Notes: a model not told the origin generated them from the letters alone. A stretch of DNA of 64,000 nt from Saccharofermentanales bacterium (GCA_050945515.1 JBMNTB010000004.1:2113-66112), one strand, 5' to 3'; positions 1 to 9,749 are shown, counted from the first letter of the stretch. Program-made: numbers and translations.

Positions 1-463
1 CGACTGTATCCTGATGTCAGTCGGGGTACGGGCCAATACCGAAGTGGCGGCTGAAGCCGGTTTGGATATCGGTCGCCGCATTAAAGTCAATACTGCGATG
101 GTGACCTCCTGTCCGCAAGTTTTCGCTGCCGGCGATGTCAGCGAAGTAGATGAGGATGGCTTCTGGTTCGGTCTATGGTCAATCTCCATGAATCAGGGTA
201 AAATCGCCGGTGCCAATGCCACAGGCGCTCAATTACATTTTGAGAAAGCAGTGCCGCCCTATGTCGTTAATACTCTGAATACCCGCATCGTATCACAGGG
301 TGATCTGCCTCAGGAAGAAGGCGCAGGCTACCGCTTTGAGATTACGGAAGATGCTGAAAATTACGGCTACAAAAAGCTGGTTTATAAGGATGATAAATTA
401 GTCGGCTTCATTTTGCTGGGTGATTATGCTAAAGAAATGGTCAGTCTGCAGAAAAAGCTGTAA
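1..463 (+). CDS. NAD(P)/FAD-dependent oxidoreductase, C-terminal part (5' end outside window)
   Basis: The frame is open from the window edge (DCILMSVGVRANT). It has the FAD motif VFAAGDV and a C-terminal YKKLVYKDDKLVGFILLGD segment typical of rubredoxin/nitrite-reductase-like flavoproteins. Confidence 0.85.
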   Translation, partial: DCILMSVGVRANTEVAAEAGLDIGRRIKVNTAMVTSCPQVFAAGDVSEVDEDGFWFGLWSISMNQGKIAGANATGAQLHFEKAVPPYVVNTLNTRIVSQGDLPQEEGAGYRFEITEDAENYGYKKLVYKDDKLVGFILLGDYAKEMVSLQKKL

Positions 464-501
464 GGATACTTTATTTGCAGTTTGAAACGTAAAATCGCAA
501 T

Positions 502-530
502 AATAAGGGAGCTGGCAGCTCCCTTATTTT
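502..530 (+). terminator. Rho-independent terminator
   Basis: AATAAGGGAGCT-GGC-AGCTCCCTTATT hairpin followed by a T-rich tract, between convergent genes. Confidence 0.8.
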
Positions 531-618
531 TCCTTTTTCCCGATAACTATGGAAAAAAACTTTCGTTGTTAATTATTTCCTGTTACTTACCCTCGCCGAT
601 ATAAATCAAAACAACGAA

Positions 619-2019
619 TTAATGGCTGATCTTGGGATTTCTGAACCAATCTTCTTTCCAATACAACCATAATTCCAGTGGCAACAATAAGGCATTTGAG
701 GCCAGCATAGCAATCCAAATTCCCGTCGCTCCCAGACTAGTAAAATTCTGGAAGATAAGCAAGAGTGGCAGACGCAGACCCCATAGCCTCATAATTGATA
801 ACAAGGCGGCATAGCGATGATAGCCGGCGCCGACAAAAATCCCGGAAAAGGTATGAAAATAACCCATTACAGGCAACATAGCGATTAGGTAATACACATA
901 CTCCAGTGCCAAAGACCACACCTGTTCAGCATCCGCCCCCGCTTCACCGATAAAAAGATTTAATAGAGGATATCGAATTAGCACCAACAAGACACCGCTT
1001 ATGACTGTAATTATAGTGACCGACTTAAAGGCGGTCTTGTTAAATTTCTTAACTCTTTCACCTTGTTCCGCACCGAGATTTTGTCCAACAATCGGGGTCA
1101 TAGCGCTGCCAAGTCCTTGGACAGGTTGCAGTAGCAAACCGCTGACGCGATTGACCGCTGCATAAGCGGCCAGAGTAGTCTGACCATAAGACACCACAAT
1201 ACTATTCATTAAAGTAAAACCAAGCGCTGCGCTACTTTGACCCAAAGCGGTAGGAAAACCCACAGTAACCAATTCCCGAAATTTTCTGCCGGATAGCTTG
1301 ACTTTAATTAATCGGAGTTGAATCTCATTATCTGCAGACCGTATAGCGCCAAGACCCAACACCACACGCAAAAACTGTGACAGAACCGTCGCCCAGGCTG
1401 CGCCGGCAATACCCATATTAAGTCCTTTAATGCCAATTAAAGGCACTGTATCAAAAATAAACAGAGGATCTAAAACCACATTCACAACTGAAGCAATTAG
1501 GCTGATTTGTGTCATGATCCTGGTTTTGCCCTGGGAGCCTAGGATCGCATAGAAAGACAAATAGATCATCTCAAAAAAGAAACCTACCATGATAATGGAA
1601 AAATAAGTGATTGACCTCTCCGCCAATAAGCCTGTGGCACCCATCCAGCCAATGATATTAGGTGCCAGTAAAACTGCCAGAATACTGAAAATCAAGCCCA
1701 CAACAAAGCAAAAATAAAAAACATGAGTTGCATAGGATCTGGCTTTCTCCAATTCTTCAGCCCCTATAAGCTGTGAGATGATCGAGATCCCGGCCATAGC
1801 AATACCCATGCCCAGAGAAATAAAAAGGAAATGCGGAGGCCAGATGAATGATGTGGCTGAAAAATCCACCAATGACAATTGCGCCAACCATAATCCGTCC
1901 GCTAAATTATAGAGCGAAGTGATCACATTGTTGATCATGAGCGGAATTGCAATCGCAAAAAGAACCTGATGTACAGGTCCGTTCAAAATATCTATTTTTT
2001 TATTCTCTGCTTTTTGCAT
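619..2019 (-). CDS. MATE family efflux transporter
   Basis: 466 aa with about 12 hydrophobic segments; N-terminal IAIPLMINNVITSLYNLADG and VGQNLGA motifs. Confidence 0.92.
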   Translation of the reverse strand: MQKAENKKIDILNGPVHQVLFAIAIPLMINNVITSLYNLADGLWLAQLSLVDFSATSFIWPPHFLFISLGMGIAMAGISIISQLIGAEELEKARSYATHVFYFCFVVGLIFSILAVLLAPNIIGWMGATGLLAERSITYFSIIMVGFFFEMIYLSFYAILGSQGKTRIMTQISLIASVVNVVLDPLFIFDTVPLIGIKGLNMGIAGAAWATVLSQFLRVVLGLGAIRSADNEIQLRLIKVKLSGRKFRELVTVGFPTALGQSSAALGFTLMNSIVVSYGQTTLAAYAAVNRVSGLLLQPVQGLGSAMTPIVGQNLGAEQGERVKKFNKTAFKSVTIITVISGVLLVLIRYPLLNLFIGEAGADAEQVWSLALEYVYYLIAMLPVMGYFHTFSGIFVGAGYHRYAALLSIMRLWGLRLPLLLIFQNFTSLGATGIWIAMLASNALLLPLELWLYWKEDWFRNPKISH

Positions 2020-2167
2020 CCAATATCTAAACTAAATCAAATCAATGTTTCTACTGTATCAATTGCGGTTGAGCGAATGCAAGCCCCCGGATAACTATTA
2101 TCCCAGACAGTGCTCTTAAGTAATCTTTGACACATTGTTCTCATAATCCTACTAACCATCATGTCAC

Positions 2168-3385
2168 TTAAGCTTTAGCTCTTCCGGTCAAAAATAAAAA
2201 CAACAATAGCGCCAGCACAACCGGCGCGATAGACCAGAGGAACATTTTGCTGTATCCAAAAGCCGCAGCCACATTCCCCAGCAATATGGAACCAACACCG
2301 ATACCACTATCAAAGGCCGTAAAAAAAGTAGAATTGGCAGCGCCCAGTCGGTCCCTAGGTGCCTCAGAAACTGCCATTGCCTGCAAGCTGGTCTGAGCAG
2401 CGCCAAAACCCACCCCATAAGCGGCTCCGGATACAAGAAGTAAACTTAATGTCGATGTCTGTGCCAGCACCGACATAGAAAAAATAATACTCAGCAAACC
2501 GGGAATAATAGCATAGCCATAGTTAAAGCGGTCAACTACCATACCAAAGACCGGCCTTGAGACCACTAGGGCAATCGCCATCACCGTAAAAAACATACCT
2601 CCATTGGCAATGCCACGCTCGATCGCATAGAGGGCCAGAAAACTATTTACGACGCCATAAGTAATCGTGACAAAAAAGATAATAATTGAGGGTCGGATCG
2701 CAGTCTTCTCGAACAGAGCTGCTTTTTTTATTGGCTGATCTTGTTGTTCGATCCGGCGATATTTGAGAGCAAAAGAGAACACAAGCCCTAAAAGCAGCAG
2801 TCCCGATGACAGCAAAGAAGCTGCCTGGAAACTGCATTTAGCAATAATATAAAGACCTATACTCGGAGAAATAGCCATTGCCACATTGCTGGCCAGTGTG
2901 AAATAACCCATACCCTCGCCAAAACGGCTGACCGGTATTATGTCAGTAGCTATCGTGTTGGCAGCGGTATTTAACGCTCCCCAACCAAATCCGTGAATAA
3001 ATCTAAAAAATAAAATCAGGGCAACTGTCGATAGCCAGGTATATGATGCCGTAATAGCAATAAAGACCAGCAAGCCGGACAGAAAGATGCCCTTTCTGCC
3101 CAGTCGATCCAGCCCAACACCGATGAACGGTCTAATCAGCAAGGTGGCAATTGTGAAGACACCATTGACCCAGCCGACCATATTATCCCCTGCCCCTAAA
3201 TTTTTGATATGGACAGGCAAAGTGGGCGTAATGAGCTGGAAACCAAAGAAGATCAATAGATTAATAAAGGTAATCAAGATGAACTGTCTGGTCCAGAGCC
3301 GATCCCTAGCCTGGCCGCTTGTACTTTTACTTTTAGATATTTTCTGTCCGAATTGAATCACCCTCCTGATGTGCCTACTTAACAT
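2168..3385 (-). CDS. MFS transporter
   Basis: MFS motif A (GLDRLGRK) and its repeat in the second half (GMVVDRFNY); about 12 TM segments. Confidence 0.9.
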   Translation of the reverse strand: MLSRHIRRVIQFGQKISKSKSTSGQARDRLWTRQFILITFINLLIFFGFQLITPTLPVHIKNLGAGDNMVGWVNGVFTIATLLIRPFIGVGLDRLGRKGIFLSGLLVFIAITASYTWLSTVALILFFRFIHGFGWGALNTAANTIATDIIPVSRFGEGMGYFTLASNVAMAISPSIGLYIIAKCSFQAASLLSSGLLLLGLVFSFALKYRRIEQQDQPIKKAALFEKTAIRPSIIIFFVTITYGVVNSFLALYAIERGIANGGMFFTVMAIALVVSRPVFGMVVDRFNYGYAIIPGLLSIIFSMSVLAQTSTLSLLLVSGAAYGVGFGAAQTSLQAMAVSEAPRDRLGAANSTFFTAFDSGIGVGSILLGNVAAAFGYSKMFLWSIAPVVLALLLFLFLTGRAKA

Positions 3386-3598
3386 CTCCCTTTATTGACA
3401 ATTACGATATTATCCTCTAACTCTCAACTATTTGCCAATTGCTAAAAATACACCAACGATCTTGCAACTATCTAAAAAGTGCCACGCCCGGAATATTTAG
3501 AAAGAGGACTACCGGCCGCAACCGATAATCCTCTTGATACTTGATAATAGTTTGCATTAATTAGGGAACAACAGATAGTTCCCTAATGACGAAAATTT

Positions 3599-4552
3599 TT
3601 AGTCGTAGAGGGCTACCAGACGTCCCGTCACTTTATTATCTTCCAGCATCTGGATTCCCTCAGGAATCTGATCAAAGGTGATTGTCGTGATCATCGGATT
3701 GACCTGACCTTTACTGATCATATCATTGACATCGATCACATCCTGTAAGGTGCCGCCATTGCTGCCAACCAGTGTAGTTTGCTTGGTAATCATAGGTGTA
3801 ACATCAATTGTTGTTGTCAGCACACCCATACCGACCAGTACCACTCTGCCCTGGAAAGCTACCGCTTTTAGAGCTTCGCGGGTTGTGACATCGAAGCCTG
3901 CAAAGTCAACAATAACCTCAGGCTCAAACTGAGCTAGATCTTTAACATCAGAAAATACACCTGCTGCACCGAGCTTCTTCGCTAATTCACGAGCATTGGC
4001 GCTGGTATCAGCTGCATAGACCGTGGCTCCCTTGTTGACTGCTGCTTCCAGCGCAATCATGCCCAAACCGCCGATACCGACCATACCGACTGTCATGCCC
4101 TTTTCTATGCCGCCTTTAACGAAAGCTGCATGATAAGAAGTCATTCCGGCATCAGTGCTCGCTGCTGCCTGTGCAAAGGTCACATTATCGGGTATATGGG
4201 CCAAATCAGCGGCAGGAGCCAGCACTTTGGTTCCAAAGCCACCGTCATAGGCATAGCCGGGAGCACCGGCGCCGCTCGGTCCCGTCGGACAGACAGCCAC
4301 TTTGTCACCAACCTTAAAATCTGTGACACCCTCACCAACTTCACTGATGATACCGGCGATTTCATGACCCATGATTACGGGCAGTTCGCCCATCAGAGCA
4401 AGCCAGCCCGGATCTCTCAAGACGCCGACATCTGAATGACACAGACCCGCCGCCTTCACATCGATTACGACTTTGCCGGGAACTGCCTTAGGATCAGGCT
4501 TCTCCACCAACTCCAATGGCTTATTCGTACCTACAAATTGCCAACCTTTCAT
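3599..4552 (-). CDS. Zinc-dependent alcohol dehydrogenase (MDR family), short form
   Basis: GLCHSD and GHE catalytic-Zn motifs and GIGGLG Rossmann motif. The four-Cys structural-Zn loop is absent. Confidence 0.9.
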   Translation of the reverse strand: MKGWQFVGTNKPLELVEKPDPKAVPGKVVIDVKAAGLCHSDVGVLRDPGWLALMGELPVIMGHEIAGIISEVGEGVTDFKVGDKVAVCPTGPSGAGAPGYAYDGGFGTKVLAPAADLAHIPDNVTFAQAAASTDAGMTSYHAAFVKGGIEKGMTVGMVGIGGLGMIALEAAVNKGATVYAADTSANARELAKKLGAAGVFSDVKDLAQFEPEVIVDFAGFDVTTREALKAVAFQGRVVLVGMGVLTTTIDVTPMITKQTTLVGSNGGTLQDVIDVNDMISKGQVNPMITTITFDQIPEGIQMLEDNKVTGRLVALYD

Positions 4553-4916
4553 TATAAAACCTCCAAAAATATTATTTACAGTTTTAAACCGTTATATATT
4601 ATACTATAATTTAGTTATAAAACCTAATCGCACCAATCTCTAGAAAAGCTCTAGAAAAGCCTAATTGTACCAGCCTCTTTTTAACCCACCCCACACTAAC
4701 AGTTCCCCTTATTTGCAGTCAAGGAAAAGGAAGACATAATTAAGCCGAAGTAAAATTAACTGAGGAAAGTTCTGTGCTTAAATACGAATTTGCTGTTTTT
4801 TGTAACTATTTTAAGTTAATATATTCTTACAGTAATCTAAAAGATTTTTAACAATGGTCTGATCCGGAACTATCCTCTCGTTTTTCGTTTTTGTTCTTAT
4901 TATTTAGAGGTGTTTT

Positions 4917-5309
4917 GTGAATAAACTGATTGTGACAAACAATTCACTGGTATTTGAGAAATATAGCAACCATTGTGATGTGATTTATCTTAAGGGTGCC
5001 GGCTATCTGGATGTACTCTATGCCGTAAGAGACAGGATTCATCTGTCGTATGTGCTTTTAACCCATCCCCTGGCAGGCAGTTTGAAACCAAATCAGACAC
5101 CCTATAAGAGCATTATTATCACTCGAGGAGAAGCCGGTATAGACACTGACAGTGTTGTCTTAATTGAAAATAGCATTGCGGCTGCGCAAAAATTTTTGCA
5201 AGATCGCAAGACTCCTTCTTGGAGCGAAAAAATTCTCAGCGATTTCAGGACAGTTGATTTATCATTAATGGAGAATGCAATGCAGAAAAGGTCATTCAAT
5301 TCAATATAA
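4917..5309 (+). CDS. grdX: GrdX family protein
   Basis: 130 aa with the LLTHPLAGSLKPNQTPYKSI signature, directly upstream of reductase protein B genes. GTG start. Confidence 0.9.
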   Translation: MNKLIVTNNSLVFEKYSNHCDVIYLKGAGYLDVLYAVRDRIHLSYVLLTHPLAGSLKPNQTPYKSIIITRGEAGIDTDSVVLIENSIAAAQKFLQDRKTPSWSEKILSDFRTVDLSLMENAMQKRSFNSI

Positions 5310-5350
5310 GTAATAATGGTCTTTTCTTAAATAATCTAGAGGAAAGGGAG

Positions 5351-6646
5351 GTGAAAATAGTGAAGCTGGAATTAGGGAAAATCCTGATTCAAGATGTTCA
5401 ATTCGGCGCTAAGACTGAAGTTGTAGACAGAACGCTGTTCGTGAACAAAGAGGAAATCATCGAACTTGTTTTGGAAGACGACAGGCTGATCGGCGCCGAT
5501 GTTGAACTGGCACGACCCGGTGAATCAGTCCGCATAGCTCCGGTCAAAGATGTAATCGAACCCCGGGTCAAAGTAACAGGAGGCGGTGCACTATTCCCCG
5601 GCATGATCAACAAAGTCGAACAGGTTGGCAGCGGCAGAACCCATGCTTTGGTAGGGGCAACGGTCATCACCTGCGGTCGGATTGTCGGCTTCCAAGAGGG
5701 TCTGATTGACATGTCCGGGCCGGCAGCCAAGTACTGTCCGTTTTCCGAAACAAATAATGTCGTTTTGGTAATTGAACCTGCAGATAATCTGGAGACTCAT
5801 GATTACGAAACTGCAGGCAGGCTGGCCGGGTTGAAAGTTGCTGCCTATATCGGCGAAGCAGGGAAAAATATCGAGCCGGATGAAGTTGTCGTCTATGAGA
5901 CGAAGCCCCTGCTGGAGCAGGCCTTGCAATATCCTGATCTGCCCAAGATCGGATATGTCCACATGCTTCAATCGCAGGGACTGCTGCATGACACCTATTA
6001 TTACGGTGTCGATGCCAAGCAGCTGGTTCCCACCTTTATGTACCCGACAGAGATCATGGACGGTGCTATTGTGAGCGGTAACTGCGTAGCACCTTGCGAC
6101 AAAGTTACTACTTTCCATCATCTGAACAATCCCATTATCGAAGATCTATTCGCAAGACACGGCAAAGATCTCAATTTTATGGGTGTTATCCTGACGAACG
6201 AAAATGTCTTTTTAGCAGACAAAGACAGATCCTCGGATATGACAGCTAAGCTCTGTGAATTCTTCGGTTTCGAAGGAGTTATTATTTCTGAGGAGGGCTA
6301 TGGCAATCCCGATACCGACTTAATGATGAACTGTCAGAAAGTCAGTCAAAAAGGTATCAAGGTGGTATTAATCACTGATGAATTCCCCGGCAGAGACGGC
6401 AAATCGCAATCTCTGGCCGATACCGTTGACGAAGCCGACGCACTGGTCTCTTGCGGCAACGGCAATGTAATTATTAATTTCCCGCCCATGGAAAAAGTCA
6501 TTGGCACATTGGATTTTGTTGAGACTATGATCGGTGGCTATGAAGGAAGTCTGAAGCCGGACGGCAGTATTGAAGCCGAGCTGCAGATTGTCATTGCCTC
6601 TACTATTGCCAATGGCTACAACAAGCTAGCCGCCAGAGGGCATTAA
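5351..6646 (+). CDS. grdE: Glycine/sarcosine/betaine reductase component B proprotein (GrdE/GrdG/GrdI family; substrate unresolved)
   Basis: ARPGESVRIAPVKDVIEPRVKV, GFQEG, SGNC (pyruvoyl-forming cleavage site) and EEGYGNPDTDL motifs. The symbol is family-level only. Confidence 0.9.
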   Translation: MKIVKLELGKILIQDVQFGAKTEVVDRTLFVNKEEIIELVLEDDRLIGADVELARPGESVRIAPVKDVIEPRVKVTGGGALFPGMINKVEQVGSGRTHALVGATVITCGRIVGFQEGLIDMSGPAAKYCPFSETNNVVLVIEPADNLETHDYETAGRLAGLKVAAYIGEAGKNIEPDEVVVYETKPLLEQALQYPDLPKIGYVHMLQSQGLLHDTYYYGVDAKQLVPTFMYPTEIMDGAIVSGNCVAPCDKVTTFHHLNNPIIEDLFARHGKDLNFMGVILTNENVFLADKDRSSDMTAKLCEFFGFEGVIISEEGYGNPDTDLMMNCQKVSQKGIKVVLITDEFPGRDGKSQSLADTVDEADALVSCGNGNVIINFPPMEKVIGTLDFVETMIGGYEGSLKPDGSIEAELQIVIASTIANGYNKLAARGH

Positions 6647-6656
6647 GGAGCGCAGT

Positions 6657-7967
6657 ATGAGTAAAATAAAAGCAGTTCATTATCTTAATCAATTCTTCGC
6701 TCAGATCGGCGGTGAAGAAATGGCCGATATTGAGCCAGAACTCCGGGAAGGGCTGATTGGGCCTGGCATTGCGCTTCAACAGGCCTTGGGTGCCGATTAT
6801 GAGATCGTAGCTACAGTAATCTGTGGCGATAACTACTTCGGCAGCAATCTGGAAGAGGCCCAAAGCAGAATTCTGGAACTGATTAAGCCCTACAGTCCGC
6901 AATTATTTGTAGCAGGACCCGCATTTAATGCCGGCAGATATGGTGTCGCTTGTGGTACAATCGCCACCGCCGTCGAAAAGGAATTTGGCATACCTGCCCT
7001 GACCGGCATGTATGTAGAGAATCCCGGCGTTGAAATGTTCAAAAAAGATCTTTATATCATTGAAACAGCAAATTCGGCGGCAGGTATGAGAAAGGCAATG
7101 CCGAAAATCGCCAATCTGGCCCAAAAGCTGATTAACGGTGATGAAGTAGGACCGCCCGCAGAAGATGGCTATCATGAGCGAGGAATCCGTGTCAATTATT
7201 TCCACGACAAAAGAGGATCTACCAGAGCTGTTGATATGCTGTTGCAAAAAGTCAAGGGGGAGGAATATCAGACCGAATATCCCATGCCATTCTTTGATCG
7301 TGTGCCTCCTGCCACACCGATTATAGACATGTCGAAGGCTAAAGTGGCCATTGTCTCTTCCGGCGGTATCGTACCGGTTGGCAATCCAGACCGGATTGAG
7401 TCCTCCAGTGCAACTAAATTCGGCAAATATGATGTCACCGGCATGGACCGCATGAGCAAAAACGACTTCATCTCCATCCACGGCGGTTATGATACTGCGT
7501 ATATTCTGGAGGATCCGAACCTGGCTATACCGCTCGACGTCCTCAGAGAAATGGAAAAAGAAGGTCAGATTGGAGAGTTAGCCAATTATTTCTACTCTAC
7601 TACAGGCACCGGTACTTCCGTTGGCAATGCCGAAGTCTTCGGTACTGAGATCGGCAAGCAACTGCTGGCGGATGGTGTGACCGCAGTCATTCTCACCTCT
7701 ACCTGAGGAACCTGTACACGTTGCGGTGCAACGATGGTTAAAGAGATTGAAAGATACGGCCTCCCTGTAGTTCACATGTGCACAATAGTACCCATTTCCC
7801 TAACAATCGGAGCTAATAGAATCGTACCTACTGTCGCCATCCCCTATCCTCTAGGTGATCCTCATCTCGGTGAAGAAAAGAGCAAGAATTTAAGACGCCA
7901 TCTGGTCGAAAGAGGGCTAGACGCCCTGCAGACAGAAGTCGACGGACAAACCGTTTTTGAAGAATAA
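6657..7967 (+). CDS. grdB: Selenoprotein B of glycine/sarcosine/betaine reductase (GrdB/GrdF/GrdH family), 436 aa with Sec at UGA 7704-7706
   Basis: HYLNQFFAQIGGEE N-terminus. ACC-TGA-GGA-ACC-TGT-ACA-CGT-TGC reads TSTUGTCTRCGATM (UxxCxxC motif) and runs in frame into the 7734..7967 ORF. The symbol is family-level only. Confidence 0.93.
7707..7740 (+). promoter_or_regulatory. Bacterial SECIS element
   Basis: Hairpin CGTTGC-GGT-GCAACG lies just 3' of the in-frame UGA, within the coding sequence. Confidence 0.75.
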
Positions 7968-8008
7968 GCGCCAGGGCAGATACATCCGCTCTGACAATCG
8001 TAAGCAAG

Positions 8009-8038
8009 CAGGGGCCTATCTCGAAAGAGACGCCCCTG
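8009..8038 (+). terminator. Probable terminator of the grd module
   Basis: CAGGGGC..TCTC-GAAA-GAGA..GCCCCTG stem-loop about 40 nt after the grdB stop. The U-tract is weak. Confidence 0.6.
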
Positions 8039-8100
8039 TTCACTTATTTGCAACAATAGATTATTAACCGACAAATAAATTCGAAACCGCCCCAGAATCG

Positions 8101-8155
8101 TTATTGACATATGCCATAAATGGTGTATAATGGAGTAAATGGCATATGTCAATAA
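8101..8155 (+). promoter_or_regulatory. Sigma-A promoter embedded in a perfect 17-bp inverted repeat (operator)
   Basis: TTGACA 8104-8109 and TATAAT 8126-8131. TTATTGACATATGCCAT (8101-8117) and ATGGCATATGTCAATAA (8139-8155) are exact reverse complements. Confidence 0.8.
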
Positions 8156-8174
8156 TGACAAGGAGGTGAATGAT

Positions 8175-8447
8175 ATGCCAAGAAGAGATGGAACCGGCCC
8201 TATGGGCGCTGGAAAAATGACCGGCAGAGGATTGGGACCCTGTGCCGATGGAACTGAAATGGAATATGGTGGTGGTCGAGGCAGAGGCAGAGGATTATGT
8301 CTTGGACTTAACCGCAGACGAGGTTTCGGCAGGGGTTTGGGATTTGCCCGCGGCTACTCAAGAGATCAAAAAGAGCAACTTCAAGAACAAAAAAGTTTTT
8401 TGCGTGAGCGACTGGAAGAGATCGACAGGCAATTAGAGAATCTATAA
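8175..8447 (+). CDS. DUF5320 family protein (Gly/Arg-rich with C-terminal coiled coil)
   Basis: MPRRDGTGPMGAGKMTGRGLGPC signature; AGGAGG RBS before ATG 8175. Confidence 0.85.
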   Translation: MPRRDGTGPMGAGKMTGRGLGPCADGTEMEYGGGRGRGRGLCLGLNRRRGFGRGLGFARGYSRDQKEQLQEQKSFLRERLEEIDRQLENL

Positions 8448-8507
8448 TATATCAGGAATAGCGGAGGACGCTCCGACTATTCTGATAAAATTAAGGAATG
8501 ATAGATT

Positions 8508-8861
8508 ATGGCGAGACCTATGAAGTGGAGAAAAGTCTGTTCCCTGCCTGATAGCAATCGTTTCGGGCCACTTGATTCAACTGTTGATAACCAAAATCTT
8601 ATTCAGATGACGGTTGATGAGTATGAGGCAATCAGACTGATCGATTTAGAGGGTTTTACTCAAGAAGAATGTGCTAAACAAATGAATATTGCGCGCAGCA
8701 CCGTCCAGGGCATTTATGTCGGTGCCAGAAAGAAACTGGCTGATTCTCTGGTGAACGGGAAAGTGCTATTGATCGGAGGCGGTGAATACCGCCTTTGTGA
8801 CGGCTCAGAAAATAGTTGCGGTCGCGGCTGTCGCAGACATAGACACAGACACGGCAGATAA
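8508..8861 (+). CDS. DUF134 family putative DNA-binding protein
   Basis: [10 protein letters not shown]...[34 protein letters not shown] helix-turn-helix pattern. Confidence 0.9.
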   Translation: MARPMKWRKVCSLPDSNRFGPLDSTVDNQNLIQMTVDEYEAIRLIDLEGFTQEECAKQMNIARSTVQGIYVGARKKLADSLVNGKVLLIGGGEYRLCDGSENSCGRGCRRHRHRHGR

Positions 8862-8961
8862 TCTGATTGCTCAGATCAATACCATAGCCTTGGATAAATT
8901 ACATATATGGCAGATAATTGTCTTTATGGCATATTATAAAGGCAGTTGATTTTGCTTACTC

Positions 8962-8989
8962 ACCCCGATTTGCCAGCACTGTCTACGTA
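8962..8989 (+). promoter_or_regulatory. Putative SigI-dependent (autoregulatory) promoter
   Basis: ACCCC (8962-8966), a 19-nt spacer, then CGTA (8986-8989). This matches the known SigI ACCCC-N19-CGWA consensus and lies upstream of sigI. Confidence 0.6.
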
Positions 8990-9010
8990 TACTATGCATA
9001 AGGAGTGAAA

Positions 9011-9733
9011 ATGAAAGCTGATCCGGGCAATGAAATCGTACGCCGAGTCTATGCTGCTAAAACAGATAATGCGGAAGCAGATGACTTGATCGTGGATTAT
9101 ATGGGTTTCATCAAGGCAGAAACAGCCCGTCATTTGGGCCGTTTCTGTACGGATCAAGATGATGAACTCAGCATCGCCATGCTTGCTTTTTACGATGCCA
9201 TTCAGAAATATGATCACAATAGTGGTGCTTTTATCAGCTTTGCCGGCCAAATTATCAGAAACAGGCTGATCGATTATAGTCGGCGGGAAAATAGGCATCG
9301 CAAAGTGATCTCGCTGGATCAGCCGTTAGAACAAGACGCAGAAGGTGTGCCGACAACCATGGCAGATAGGCTCCCGGAACCGAAATCAGCGGATAGTGAG
9401 CTCCAGCAACAAGCGGCAGCTTCTGAGATCTCAGAACTAAAAACACAGCTTAAAGATTATGGTATATCGCTTGCGGATGTTGTTGATCAATCTCCCCGGC
9501 AAAAGCGCAGTCTCAAGATCTGTCAAGAGGCGGTCCGCTATGCCAGGGAACATCCGCAACTGATCCAAACCCTGTTGAAAACCCGCAAACTGCCTCTGAG
9601 CGAGCTTTCCAGCGGTGCCAATGTAGCACGAAAAACACTGGAACGCCATCGTAAGTATCTGATTGCCCTGCTACTGGTCTACAGCAACGGCTATGATAAT
9701 ATCAGAGACCACCTGAAGGCTATGACCCTGTGA
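9011..9733 (+). CDS. sigI: RNA polymerase sigma factor SigI
   Basis: DDELSIAMLAFYDAIQKYD...FISFAGQIIRNRLIDY region 2 and TLERHRKYLIA C-terminal signature; AGGAG RBS. Confidence 0.9.
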   Translation: MKADPGNEIVRRVYAAKTDNAEADDLIVDYMGFIKAETARHLGRFCTDQDDELSIAMLAFYDAIQKYDHNSGAFISFAGQIIRNRLIDYSRRENRHRKVISLDQPLEQDAEGVPTTMADRLPEPKSADSELQQQAAASEISELKTQLKDYGISLADVVDQSPRQKRSLKICQEAVRYAREHPQLIQTLLKTRKLPLSELSSGANVARKTLERHRKYLIALLLVYSNGYDNIRDHLKAMTL

Positions 9734-9749
9734 TAAATACGAGGCCAAT

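Noticed and set aside
4725-4775. Glycine-riboswitch-like words (GGAAGAC...GCCGAAG) upstream of grdX
   Set aside because: The conserved CUCUCAGG half and the supporting stems are missing.
7734-7967. Separate 77-aa ORF
   Set aside because: It is the in-frame C-terminus of the selenoprotein after the Sec UGA.
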